This document shows, in pieces, positions 51,605 to 63,177 of a DNA stretch of 64,000 nt (positions are counted from its first letter, which is position 1; every line of letters begins with the position of its first letter). The DNA is taken from the NCBI RefSeq assembly GCF_009914755.1, contig NC_060931.1. One strand, given 5' to 3'. Below the pieces are notes generated by a model. That model was not told the DNA's origin. It ran no database searches and saw only the letters and a list, made by a program, of their open reading frames with translations. The DNA is from the human T2T-CHM13v2.0 reference genome, Homo sapiens. The translations under genes and the position numbers were made by a program.

Positions 51605-52939
51605 CCATTGTGTCATCAGCACTCTTGATCTGAGGCTGTCTTAGCTCTAGTGACAAATTTTGCCATCATCCCTTAAAAATTAGGAAGAACTTATAACAAA
51701 TGCTATGTTTACTGAAAAATAAGTGTTTTCAATTATTCTGTTTTAAGTGTATTTATCCTCTGTTTTCTTTCCTCTTTTAAATAACTTTTCTAAATCAAAT
51801 AAACTAAAACTATATTCTAGTAGATAAACTAGTCTTCTCTTAAATATACAAGTTTACCAAAACTCTAAGTGGAGGTCTGTGAAAAGATACCAACATACAA
51901 TTATGGATATTAACTTAAATTTAGTGTGTGGTATATTTATATTGTAAGATTTTGGAATGTTCATCTGGCAAAATGCAGCATTGTGATTAATAAAATTACT
52001 GTAAGTTCTGTGCATATGTAATGATAAAATAAATTCACTTATCTAACTTTTTAGAATATTCTTAAAACGTGTCTGTATAATTAAGTTTGGTAGTTATCAT
52101 TATGAATTGCAATAAGCTGTAGTTGAATTCTAGTGAGTAGATAATTCTGGCGGGTAGAATGTCAGATACACCATTTTTGCTGCTTTGGGCAACATTTGTT
52201 GAGTCTTGGTCTCTCATGCCCAGGCAAATGAAAAGTTCTATAAATGAAAACTCTCCATCTGTTCTATGATCTTTGACTTTCTACCTCACAGTGTTGGCAT
52301 TATTCCCAGGTCTCTCTAGTTATTCATATAATAACTCTATTGAGCTATGGATAAAAGACATTGATATGTTCTTTTTAAAAATCCAATAAAGGAAGATGCT
52401 TTCTCATGTTTAAAAGTTCAAAATTACTTTTCTGTTTCACTGTACTGATACGTTTCCACATCTTAATTATTATAAATAAAGGTAGTAAATTTAAAGCTTT
52501 GCTTTTTACTAATAGTGTTTTTGAAAATGTTCAATGCATATGTTTTGTGCAACCAGAACATATGGCATATTTTACTAATGTACAGTTATATTCAGGTGTT
52601 TCAAATAACTTCCTGGAGATACAAGCTATATTAAAAGTGCTTTACATGAAAGAATACCACACAACAAAACAAATGTTGAAAAGGTTTTAAAACAGCTGTA
52701 GGTATTAAAAATAATACTAAAACAGCCTGTTCAAAGTAGACTACATAAAGGGATTATGGACCCAATTGTAAAATAAATTTTTTTAAAAAAAGAATTTGTG
52801 GCCTATGACATAGAGAGCCATGTATTGTATATGTATTTTATTTTCCTTACATATCTGGTTTGGCATTCTACACACACACACAAATTTTATTTACTGACTG
52901 ACTAAGCCGGTGATAGGTCTCTACAGATGGTAGGACTGT

Positions 52940-53090
52940 CATTCCATTCAATCAACAGGTACTTATTGATTGTTTCAAACACTCGTGAACTGGGGATACT
53001 GTATTGGACAAATAAGCATTATGCATGATTCCATGAGTTTAGTGTCTAATGGGGGAAACAAATTTTAAAATAAATCAATTAAAACAATCT
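52940..53090 (-). mobile_element. L2 3' end fragment
   Basis: cattccattcaatcaacaggtacttattga…tggggatac…catgagtttagtgtctaatggggga. Confidence 0.6.
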
Positions 53091-53214
53091 AACAGAATGT
53101 ACAACAATTACTAACATATTTACCAACATGGATGAATATATTTATATACATATATACACACATACATACACATAAACAATAACAAAGACCTAAAAAATTT
53201 AAGTGAAAAGGTAC

Positions 53215-56200
53215 ATTAGAAATTATTTACAAAACTTATCATGTCAAATAATCAATTATCAGAATATATAAAATACTCATTGGAATTCATTTCTTTTACA
53301 AAGACAAATGGCATCAAATAAATAAAAACAACAACAACAACAGCCTGCATTTTTTTCCTTTTACTCTGTTGACCAGGAAAACACACATTTCTTTATAGAA
53401 GAATAAAAATTATAAATTATACCCTTATAGTAATAATTATAGAAATAAAAATGAAGGCTTCAATAAGGTATTTTCTCTTTTTAATTCTTAATTTTTGTGG
53501 GTACACAGTAGGTATATATATTTATGTGGCACATGAGATATTTTGAAGCAGACATTCAGTGCATAATAATCACATTATAGAAAATGGGGAATCCATCCCC
53601 TCAAGCATTTATCCTTTGTGTTACAGACAATCCAGCTATAATCTTTTTGTTATTTTAAGATGTTACAATTAAATTATTATTGATTATAGTCACCCTGTTT
53701 TGCTATCAAATAATAGGTCTTATGTATTCTTTCTAACGAATTTTTTGTACCCATTAACCATCCCCCAGTGTCCCCCACCTTTCCATTACCCTTCCCAGCC
53801 TTTGTTAACATCCTTCTACTCTCTGTCTCCATAAGTTCAACTGTTTTGATGTTTAGAACCTACAAATGCATGAGAATATGCATCATTTGTCTCTCTGTGA
53901 CTGACTTATTTCACTTAACATAATGACCTCCAGTTCTATCCATGCTATTGCAAATGACACGATCTCATTCTTTTTTAATGGCTGAATAGTACTCCATTGT
54001 GTAAATAGCACATTTTCCTTATCCATTCATCTGTTAAAGGACACTTAGGTTACATCCAAATCCTGTCTATTGTGAACAGTATTGCAACAAGCATAGGAGT
54101 ACAGATATCGCTTTGATATACTGATTTTCTTTTTTTGGGTATATACCCAGCAATGAGATGGCTGGATCATATGGTAGTTCAATTTTTAGCTTTTTGAACA
54201 AGCTCCAAACTGTTTTCCATAGTGGTTGTATGAGGGTTCTTTTCTCTCCATCCTCACCAGCATTTGTTATCATCTGTCTTTTGGATATAAGCCATCTTAA
54301 ATGGAGTTAGAAGATAGCTCATTGTAGTTTTGATTTGCATTTCTTTGATAATCAATGATATTGAACACCTTTTCATATGCTTTTTTTCCCTTTTGTATGT
54401 CTTCTTTTGAAAAGTGTCTATTCAAGTCTTTTACTCTTTTACCCATTTTTAAATCAGATCATTCTATTTTTTTCCTATAGAGTCGTATGAACTCCTTATA
54501 TATTCTGGTTATTAATACCTTATCAGATGGGTAGTTTGCAAATATTTTCTCCTACTTTTGGGGTTGTCTCCTCACTTTGCTGGCTTTCCTTTGGTATGCA
54601 GAAGTTGTTTATCAATGTGACCCCATTTGTTCATTTTTTCTTTGGTTGTCTGTGCTTGTGGGATATTACTCAAGATATTTTTGCCCAGACCAATGTCCTG
54701 AAGACTTTCCCTCAATGTTTTCTTGTAGATATTTCATAGTTTGTGGTCTTAGACTTAAGTAATCCACTTTGATTTGATTTTTGTGTATGATGAGAGATCG
54801 GGATCTAGTTTCATTTTTCTGAATATAGATATCCAGTTTTCCCAGCACCATTTACCAAAGATACTCTTATCCCAATGGATGTTCTTGGCACCTTTGTTGA
54901 AAATGTGTTCACTATACATATGTGGATTTGTTTCTGGGTTTCCTATTCTGTTTCTTTGGTCTGTATGTCTGTTTTAATGCCAGTACCATGCTGTTTTGGT
55001 TATTATATTTTTGTAGTGCAATTTGAAGTAATGTAATGTGATTCCTCCAGTTTTGTTCTTTTTGCTCAGGATAGCTTTGGCTATTCTGGGTGTTTCATGG
55101 CTCCATATAATCTTTAAGATTTTTTTTTTCTATTTCTGTGAAGAATGTCATTGGTATTTTGTTGGGGATTTCATTGAATCTGAAGATTGGTTTGGATAAA
55201 ATGGATATTTTAATCAATATTGACTCTTCCAATCCATGAATATAGAATATCTTTTCATTTTTTGTGTCCTCTTCGGTTTCTTTCCTCGGCATATTTTGGT
55301 GTTCATTGTAGAGATCTTTCACTTCTTTGGTTAGTTAATTCCTAGGTATTTAATTTTATTTGCAGCTATTGTAAATGGAATTACTTTTTGATTTCTTTTT
55401 CAAGATACTTTCTTAATCCCTCAGGTTGGCAAAAATAGAGTTTTTTGATCATACCAAGTGTTTGCAAGCATGTGAAATAACCAGAATCTACATGAATTGT
55501 TGGATTGTAAATTTAGAAAAACCCATATGAACACTAACTTAGTATTATCTTATAAACTAGAAGATGTATAGTCCCTACAATCTCCTTTCAATTGTAAGTA
55601 TATATATTCTATAGAAACACTCACACATTTAAAGAAACAAAACAAACTATTGAACAGCACCAGACACTGGCAAATTCTCAGCAGATTAATTCAATCTCCA
55701 AGCACAAAATATTATCATGGCTGAGCCTGGGATATCTTACAGTATTGTTTAAAATAGCAAAAATGTTAGAAACAACCCAGATAATCCATTGTCAAGATAG
55801 TGTACAAATAAGTTATGGTGTATTCACACAGTGTAATATATGCTAGTGAAAAAATGAGCCAGTATTACACCAACAAAGTAAAAAACGTTATAAGTAAGTT
55901 TTAAATTAAAAAAAACTCATACATATACATACACAAATTGTAATACTATTTTCACCAAATAAAACATATGTTGTTTAAAAATACATATATTTAAAACCAT
56001 ATAAAAACAAGGAAATGTTTACTAAAAATATGTTAGATAGACATTGGAAGGTAAGGATGAAGAGAATTATAAAAGTAGAGATTCAATTATGTTGGTAATG
56101 TTCTAGTAATTTTCTTAGATTTTAGGTATATAGGTATTTCTTTCATTAGTATGTTTTAAAAATTACATGTAATTATATGTATAATATTATGTGTAGAAGA

Positions 56201-56220
56201 TACTACAAAATAAATGTTGT
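53215..56220 (+). mobile_element. Ancient L1ME ORF2 end plus 3' UTR, split by the L1MA2 insertion
   Basis: Left arm …tagtaataattatagaaataaaaatgaag… continues after 55402 as …ggttggcaaaaat…tgatcataccaagtgttt…tattctatagaaacactcacacat…ttatggtgtattcacacag. Confidence 0.6.
53477..55401 (-). mobile_element. L1MA2/3, 5'-truncated (about 1.9 kb)
   Basis: Diagnostic 3' end ttttgtgggtacacagtaggtatatatatttatg…ccatcccctcaagcatttatcctttgtgttac; antisense ORF2. TSD aaggtattttct (53465-53476) / aagatactttct (55402-55413). Confidence 0.9.
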
Positions 56221-56243
56221 TTAAACTTGAATAGAATAAAGCA

Positions 56244-56535
56244 TTTTTTTTTTTTGAGACAGACTCTCACTCTGTCTCCCAGGCTGCAGTGCAGTGGCAC
56301 AATATTGACTCACTGCAATCTCTGCCTCCTGGGTTCAAGGGATTCTCCTGCCTCAGCCTCCTGAATAGTTGGGATTACAGGTGCCCACCACCAAGCCTGG
56401 CTATTTTTTGTATTTTTAGTAGAGATGGGTTTTCACCATGTTGGTCAGGCTGGTCTCGAACTCCTGACCTTGTGATCTGCCCACCTCAGCTTCCCAAAGT
56501 GCTGCGATTACAGGCATGAGCCATCGTGCCCAGCC
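56244..56535 (-). mobile_element. AluS (Sg-like)
   Basis: Full Alu body; TSD agaataaagcattt / agaataaatcaatt. Confidence 0.96.
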
Positions 56536-57259
56536 AGAATAAATCAATTTTGAAGGCCATACTAAATTTGAATTTTCTGGAAAATATGCAGCTATTTGAA
56601 AGATGTGGCTAGTTAAAAATGTAGAATTTTAAGTTTTGGAAATATATATATTCTATATGAAATTCTAAGATTTTATATATGTAAATATGTATAGTATTCA
56701 GTATATAGCATATATTATATATGCACACATACACATATGTGTATTTAAAGAAGAGAAATTCTGGGTAGAAGCCATGGTTCGCACAGTTAGGTGGAGAAAG
56801 AGGGCCAATAAAGAAGTCTGAGAAGGACCAGTAATTTCACTAAGAAGTAAACCAGCAGTCAGAAGGTAGGAATCATTTAACAAGAAGGGAGGTGCAAGTG
56901 TATAGATTTTTACCAAGAGGATGAATAAAATAGAACCAGAAAAGATGCATGTCAAATTTTAAAACTGTTTTTCTAAAACGTAGAGTACTAGATGCAGAAT
57001 CCAAATGAAAGTGAATTAAAGAGTGAATGGCGAATATATTGGAATATCCTGAACAAAACTCCACTGTAAACAACTAAAAATATTAGATGCAATTTAGAAA
57101 ATATGACTTTCTATGTGTTGTTGAACTGGGAAGAAAGTAAACACTGAGTGTCTATGAACCAAACAAAAGTATGGATTCAGTGAGATGAACTAGCCCCTAC
57201 CCTAAGAGCAGCTTCAGACTTTGACTTTTAGCTTAAGAGCTTCCTAAACAACAGGAATA

Positions 57260-57319
57260 TATGGGTTAGGGATAGCATTAGGGTTAGGGTTAGCATTAGG
57301 GTTAGGGTTGGGGTTAGAG
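57260..57319 (+). repeat. Short interstitial telomeric sequence, (TTAGGG)n with variants
   Basis: In-register hexamers: tatggg ttaggg atagca ttaggg ttaggg ttagca ttaggg ttaggg ttgggg ttagag. Confidence 0.9.
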
Positions 57320-58026
57320 TCCAAGCCCCGCACATGAGTCTGAAGCGAGACATTGGCATGAAGCCTGGACTCCAAAAAGACTATATTCTCCGTGGAAGGT
57401 TGAACCACAGAAAAAATTGCTTGCAAAGACAGAAAGAACATGCAATTGTCTTTCTGAAATCTAGCTCTGAGTGGAGAGAACAAAATAATCTCCTTTGAGT
57501 ATTTGTAACCATGAAATAAAGTCCATGAAGATTTGTGTCCTGACCTCATAGTACCAGAATAACACCTAATCATCCTCAAAATGCTCCGATAGACAACATT
57601 TATATTAAAGAATTAAGGTTGACCTGGGCTTGTAATGGTTGTCAGTTACTCAGCAAAAGCTAATGCAGATCCTCTCTAATAGAGGGCACCTTGAACACAG
57701 GCCTTAAAGAATCTCCACATACAAAAATTCATATGAACAGGAGCTCTTAATAAAATGGAAAAAGCACATACATAAAGAAAAAGGCACAATGAACAAGAAC
57801 AGGCACATGAGAAAACACAGAATAAAGACTCACAAATAATTCAGATATTAGAATTATGGGACACAGAATATGAAATATGTTATAAAAAGCAGAAAAAAAT
57901 AAGAAATCATGAAAATAAGATGAAAATTTAAAAAAAGATAATTTTTAAAGAAAATTATGTATACATAAAAACCGATTGAATGGGTTAAGCTGTAAACTGG
58001 CAAATTTCTATCTACTATAAATCTAA

Positions 58027-59283
58027 TTCAGTTCTTGAAAAGTATCCTGTACACTCCTAGGAAACTCTGAGACACTTATTTCAAGGAGTCCTAAAGTTAA
58101 AATTAGTTTCATAATAATACTACAGAGTTAATAACCTTTTTCTACTGTATTTATATTCACAAAAACAATAGTGGGTAAAATCGCTGACATCTGTGAATAA
58201 CCAAGGCAATGGCAACAATATATACTAGTAACTGAATCTGTTATTATTATGTACATGCAGTTAAAAATAAAACATAAAATAAAAGTTCAGTTCATACTTA
58301 AGGGCATGAACAGAATAAAAACTACTAATTATTTACAATCTCCTCCCTTACAAAAATATACAATCTTTTTTGTATTTTCTGTAGTTACATGGGGAATATG
58401 TATAAAACACTTTGCTGCATAAACTACCATAGTTATTTCAAGGAAAATAACTTGTATGATGTTTGAATTTTTAGCTTAGCCAATCAGTTATTCATGAAAC
58501 CCGTCATTTCAGTTGAAATAATAACTGACAAACTATGGTTATTCATACTTCAGTATTTGCCAAATAACTTCTTGAAAATGAACAACAAAAGCCTGTCATA
58601 TCAAGAAAAATAGTTGACAGTATTTGTTGCCAATAGTAAAATTGGATCATGGAGTGAAAATTAAAATTTTGTGTAACTTGTATTCACCACTATAACTTGA
58701 CAGTTTCCCAATTCTAAAAGATTTGTCTAATGAAATCTGTAGCAATAGTAACAAAACTTATTGTTTGATATGTATTATGACATGTCAAAATTTGGAAAAT
58801 TTGCATACTCCAATCAAGAAATATTTTCCAAATGATCAACTCATGATGTTGCAAAATCATGCTTTTAGCTAAAGTATATAATTAAATTGCAAGATAAACT
58901 GATGGATTTTAATGTAACAGAATATAAAATGTTTACTGATAAGGCTTCACATTTCACATTGGAATCATCCTTTAAGATATTACCTACCACTTGTCAGATT
59001 TTAGTGCAGTAGCAAAAAGGAATATTTATAGTTATCTGAAAATGTTACTAAAACCATTCTTCTTTTTTCAGTTACATATCTGTATGAACTTTGGTTTTCT
59101 TCATACACTCCAACCAAAATGACATGTAGCAAAATTTTGATAAAAAATATGAAAAACAACTGTTTTCTATTATGGCAGATATTAAAGAGATTAGCAAAAA
59201 TACCACTCTTCTCACTGGATTCCTTCTGTTTTGGAAATATAGTTATTTTAATAAAATATGATCATTTAATTAAACATAGGGTT

Positions 59284-59315
<32 letters not shown>

Positions 59316-59771
59316 GACAGTCATGATCTCGGCTCACTGCACTGCAGCCTTGACCTCCTGGGCTCAAGGGATCTTCCCACCTCAGCCTCCCAAGTATCTG
59401 GGACTACAGGCACATGCCACCATGTCCAGCTAATTTTTTGTATTTTTGTACAGACAGGGTTTTACTGTTAAGAACAGTGGTCTTGAACTGGGTTTGGCTG
59501 GTCTCGAACTCCTGGGCTCAAGCTATCCATTGGCAGCTGCTTCTTAAAGTGATGGGATTATAAGTATGAGACACCATGCCCATCCAAAATATAGGTATTT
59601 AAAAAATACTTCCATTTATATTAACAAATAATATTTTTATTTTAAAATTATTTGGAGTCAATTAATAATAGCCTAATTTTTTCAGTTTCAAATATACTCA
59701 ATATTGACTTTGGCGATTATCAGTAATTTTTAAGTAAGAAAAGAGTTCATGAGACCAAAGTACTTAAGACT
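58027..59771 (+). mobile_element. Charlie1a-type hAT DNA transposon (decayed), split by AluJ
   Basis: tttcataataatacta…aatagtgggtaaaa…actgacaaactatggttattca…tatcaagaaaaatagttgacagtatttgttgccaat…aatattttccaaatgatcaa…ggattttaatgtaacaga…atgagaccaaa match the recalled Charlie1 consensus. Confidence 0.85.
59281..59585 (-). mobile_element. AluJ with (AAAAC)n tail, internal deletion and local rearrangement
   Basis: J diagnostics gcagccttgacctcctgggctcaag, actcctgggctcaag; TSD aaa(c/t)atagg. Confidence 0.92.
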
Positions 59772-59800
59772 GTAGATAGACAAATAAATAAATAGATATA

Positions 59801-59880
59801 TTATATTGGTGCAAAATTAATTGTGGTTTTTGCCATTTAAGAGTAATAGCAAAATTGCAATTACTTTTGCACCAACTTAA
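59801..59880. mobile_element. MADE1 (Hsmar1-derived mariner MITE), full 80 bp with TA TSD
   Basis: ttatattggtgcaaaattaattgtggtttttgccatt…taatagcaaaattgcaattacttttgcaccaacttaa, flanked by ta on both sides. Confidence 0.95.
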
Positions 59881-60386
59881 TATATAGCGTTAACAAGCGC
59901 AGTTATCAGGGTCCAGTGGAGAGAGGCCATGGGAGAAAAAAATTAATAACAATAAAGTTATGGAGTATAGAATAAGAATTACTCATATATGTTTTTAAAG
60001 ATTACTAAAAATAATTAAAAATGAATGTGAGAGAGAGAGTTGGCAATATTACAAAACATGTAGGAGAATATGAGGAACTTCCAGAGTTAAAAACACATAA
60101 AATTCCAAATTCAGGAAATATAATGGATCTGTCAAGACAAATAAAAAATAATTGATACTTAAGTCATATTGTAATTAAACACCAATATCATATCAAATAT
60201 AAAGTGAATATTTAAAATTTTACCAAGAGAAAATTATTAAAAAGGACCTACAAGATTGACATCAGAATTCACAAAATCAACAATGAAAGCGGAGGTATTT
60301 ATACAAAATAAAATGCCATCTAAAGTTAAATATCCATCTAACTCACATTCAAGTATTAGAGTAAAATTAAGATACATCTAGATAAC

Positions 60387-60950
60387 AAATACCACTTGAC
60401 CCAGCATCTCATTACTGGGCATATACCCAAAGGAATATAAATTATTCTATTACAAAGATACATGTATGCGTATGTTCATTGCAGCACTATTCACAGTACC
60501 AAGGACATGGAATTAACCCAAATGCCCATCAATGATAGACTAGATAAAAAAGAAAATGCAGTACATATACATCAGGGAATACTATGCATCCATAAACAAG
60601 AATGAGATCATGTCCTTTGCGGGGATGCTGATGGAGCTGGAGGCCATGATCCTTAGCAAACTAATGCAGGAACAGAAAATAAAAGATAACATGTTCTCAC
60701 TTATAAGTGGGAGCTGAACAATGTGAACACATGGATTAAGGGGGGAAACAACAAACACTGCAGCCTATCGGGGGTATAGTAGGGGAAGAGAGAGCATTAG
60801 GAGAAATAGCTAATGCATGTTGGGCTTAATATTTAGGTGTTGAGTTGATAGGTACAGCAAACCACCATGACACACATTTACCTATGTAACAAACCTGCAC
60901 ATCCTGCACATGTACCCAGAACTACAAATTTAAAAATAAATAAAACAACA
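60387..60950 (+). mobile_element. L1PA10-12-like 3' end (5'-truncated)
   Basis: gagagcattaggagaaatagctaatgcatgttgggcttaat…gcaaaccaccatgacacacatttacctatgtaacaaacctgcacatcctgcacatgtaccc. Confidence 0.9.
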
Positions 60951-60964
60951 AAAAAATTTAATTG

Positions 60965-61955
60965 AATTGACTTTGCACCTTTGTCAAAAATTAGTTGTTG
61001 TTGGCTATATTTCTAGACTCTATTTTTTTCCATTTGTCTATGTGTCTATTCTTTGTCCACTACTACAACAGCTGTATCTTTATAGTAAGTTTTAAAACCA
61101 GATAGCCAGAGTTCTCCAACTTTGTTCTTTTTTCCAACTTGCATTGGCTAATCTAGTTTACAAATTTTAGAATTGTTGTTGAGATTGTTTTGAATCTAGA
61201 GATCAAATTAAATCTGAAAATTCATTAGCCTACTATGTCTCCCTATTATTTAGGTCTTATTTGATATTCTCATTAATGTTTTGTAGTTTTCAGCAGACAA
61301 ATTTTGCATGCATTTTGATAGAGTAAAAGTGTTTTCTCAGTAGTGTGATGAAAGTAATATTTTCAAAATATCCAATTGTTAATGATACTAATAAGGAACT
61401 CAATAGGCTGGGCATGGTGGCTCACACCTGTAACCCCAGCACTTGGGGAATCCAAGGCGAGTGGATCACCTGAGGCCAGGGGTTTGAGACCTGCCTGGCC
61501 AACATGGTGTAACTCTGTCTCTACTAAAATTAGCTGGGTGTGGTTTGGGGGTGCCTGTAATCCCAGCTCCTCAGGAGGCTGAGGCTGGATAATAGCTTGA
61601 ACGTGGGAGGCAGAGGTTGTATTGAGCCGAGATCACATCACTGCACTCCAGGCTGGGTGACAAAGAGAGACTCTGTCTCAAAAATAAAATAAAATAACTC
61701 CAATTGATTATTTTATATTGAATGTGCATCTTATGCCCATGCTTAATTCACATATTTATTTTAATAGCCTTTTAATAGGATTTTTTCAGATTTTCTACAT
61801 TCACTATTATATTGCCTGCAAATATAGACAGCTTAATTTATTTTTAAAATATGTATGCATGTTATACATTCTTTTTGCTCTGCTGAGTTTACTCCAAACT
61901 TCAGTACAATGTTAGATAAGATTATTAAAAGTGACTATCCCAATTGTGTTTTTTA
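60965..61955 (-). mobile_element. Old L1M antisense ORF2 fragments, split by AluS
   Basis: ctttgcacctttgtcaaaaattagttg…ctccaactttgttctttt…tgcctgcaaatatagacag…cttcagtacaatgtt. Confidence 0.7.
61406..61697 (+). mobile_element. AluS (Sx/Sz-like) with shortened A-rich linker
   Basis: ggctgggcatggtggctcacacctgtaa…ggatcacctgagg…ctactaaaattagc…gactctgtctcaaaaataaaataaaataa. Confidence 0.95.
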
Positions 61956-61957
61956 TT

Positions 61958-63160
61958 TTAGGAACATACCTAACCAAGGAAGTGAAAGACCTCTACAAGG
62001 AAAGTTATCAAACACTACTTAAGGAAATCATAGACAGGACAAACAAATGGAAACACATCCTATGCTCATGGATAGGTAGAATAAATATTATGAAAATGAC
62101 CATACTGCCAAAACCAATCTAAGAATTCAATGCAATACTCATCAACATACCACCATCATTCTTCACAGAACTAGAAAAAACAATCCTAAAATTCATATGG
62201 AACCAAAAAAGAGCCCCACGTAGACAAAGCAAGACTAAGCAAAAAGAACAAATCTGAAGGCATCACATTACCCAAATTTAAACTACACTATAATGTTGTA
62301 GTTACCAAAAAAAAAAAAAAGAATGGTACTTGTATAAAAATAGGCACATAGACCAATGGAAAATATCATAGAGAATTGAGAAATAAAGTCAAATACTTAC
62401 AGCCAGCTGCTCTTTGACAAAGCAAACAAAAACATAAAATGGAGAAAGGACACTATTCAACAAATGGTGCTGGGATAATTGGCAAGCCACAAATAGAAGA
62501 ATGAAACTGGATCCTCATCTCTCAATTTACACAAAGATCAACTCAGCATGGATCAAAGACTTAAATCTAAGACCTGAAACATTTTCCAATGTTAGAAGAT
62601 AACATTGGAAGATAACATTGGAAAAACCCTTCTAGACACTGGCTTAGGCAAAGACTTTATGACCCATAACCCAAAAGCAAATGCAACAAAAACAAAGATA
62701 AATAGATGGGACCTAATTAAACTCAGAGGCTTCTGCACAGCAATAGAAATAATCAGCCAACTAAAAAGACAACCCACAGAGTGGGAGAAAACCTTCACAA
62801 TCTATATATCTAACAAAGGACTGTTATCCGGAATCTACAAAGAATTCAAGCAAATCAACAAGAAAAAAAATCCCATCAAAAAGTGGGTTAAAGACATGAA
62901 TAGAAAATTCTGAAAATAATATGTACGAATGGCAAACAAACATACGGAAAAGTGCTCAACATCGCTAATTATCAGGGAAATGCAAATCAAAACCACAATG
63001 CGATACCACCTTACCAATGCAATACCAAGAATGGCCATAATCGAAAAATTAAAAAAAAAAAAACTAGATGTAGTCACCACTCACTAAATAACATATCCAT
63101 GTAACAAAACACCACCTGTTCCCCAAAAGCCTACTGAAATAAAACTAGTTTAAAAAATTT
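61958..63160 (+). mobile_element. L1PB (L1PB1-like) ORF2 3' region joined to the terminal 3' UTR by an internal deletion
   Basis: ORF2 remnants (ORFs 61931-62122, 62605-62913). L1PB-type gaaactggatcctcatctctc; terminal ccatgtaacaaaacaccacctgttccccaaaagcctactgaaataaaa. 13-bp duplication at 62595-62620. Confidence 0.85.
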
Positions 63161-63177
63161 AATTAAACTTAATTTGA

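Larger units (their letters stand above)
57020..60385 (+). mobile_element. Ancient L1M 5' UTR/ORF1 remnant, interrupted by Charlie1 (+AluJ) and MADE1
   Basis: 5'-end-like actccactgtaaacaactaaaaatattagat…; ORF1-like cagatattagaatta…gaatgggttaa and, after 59890, aattccaaattcaggaa…agattgacatcagaattc…attcaagtattagag. Confidence 0.55.

Noticed and set aside
57244-57579. 111-aa ORF with NPNPNA repeats resembling circumsporozoite protein
   Set aside because: It is the C-strand translation of the telomeric array within L1M sequence.
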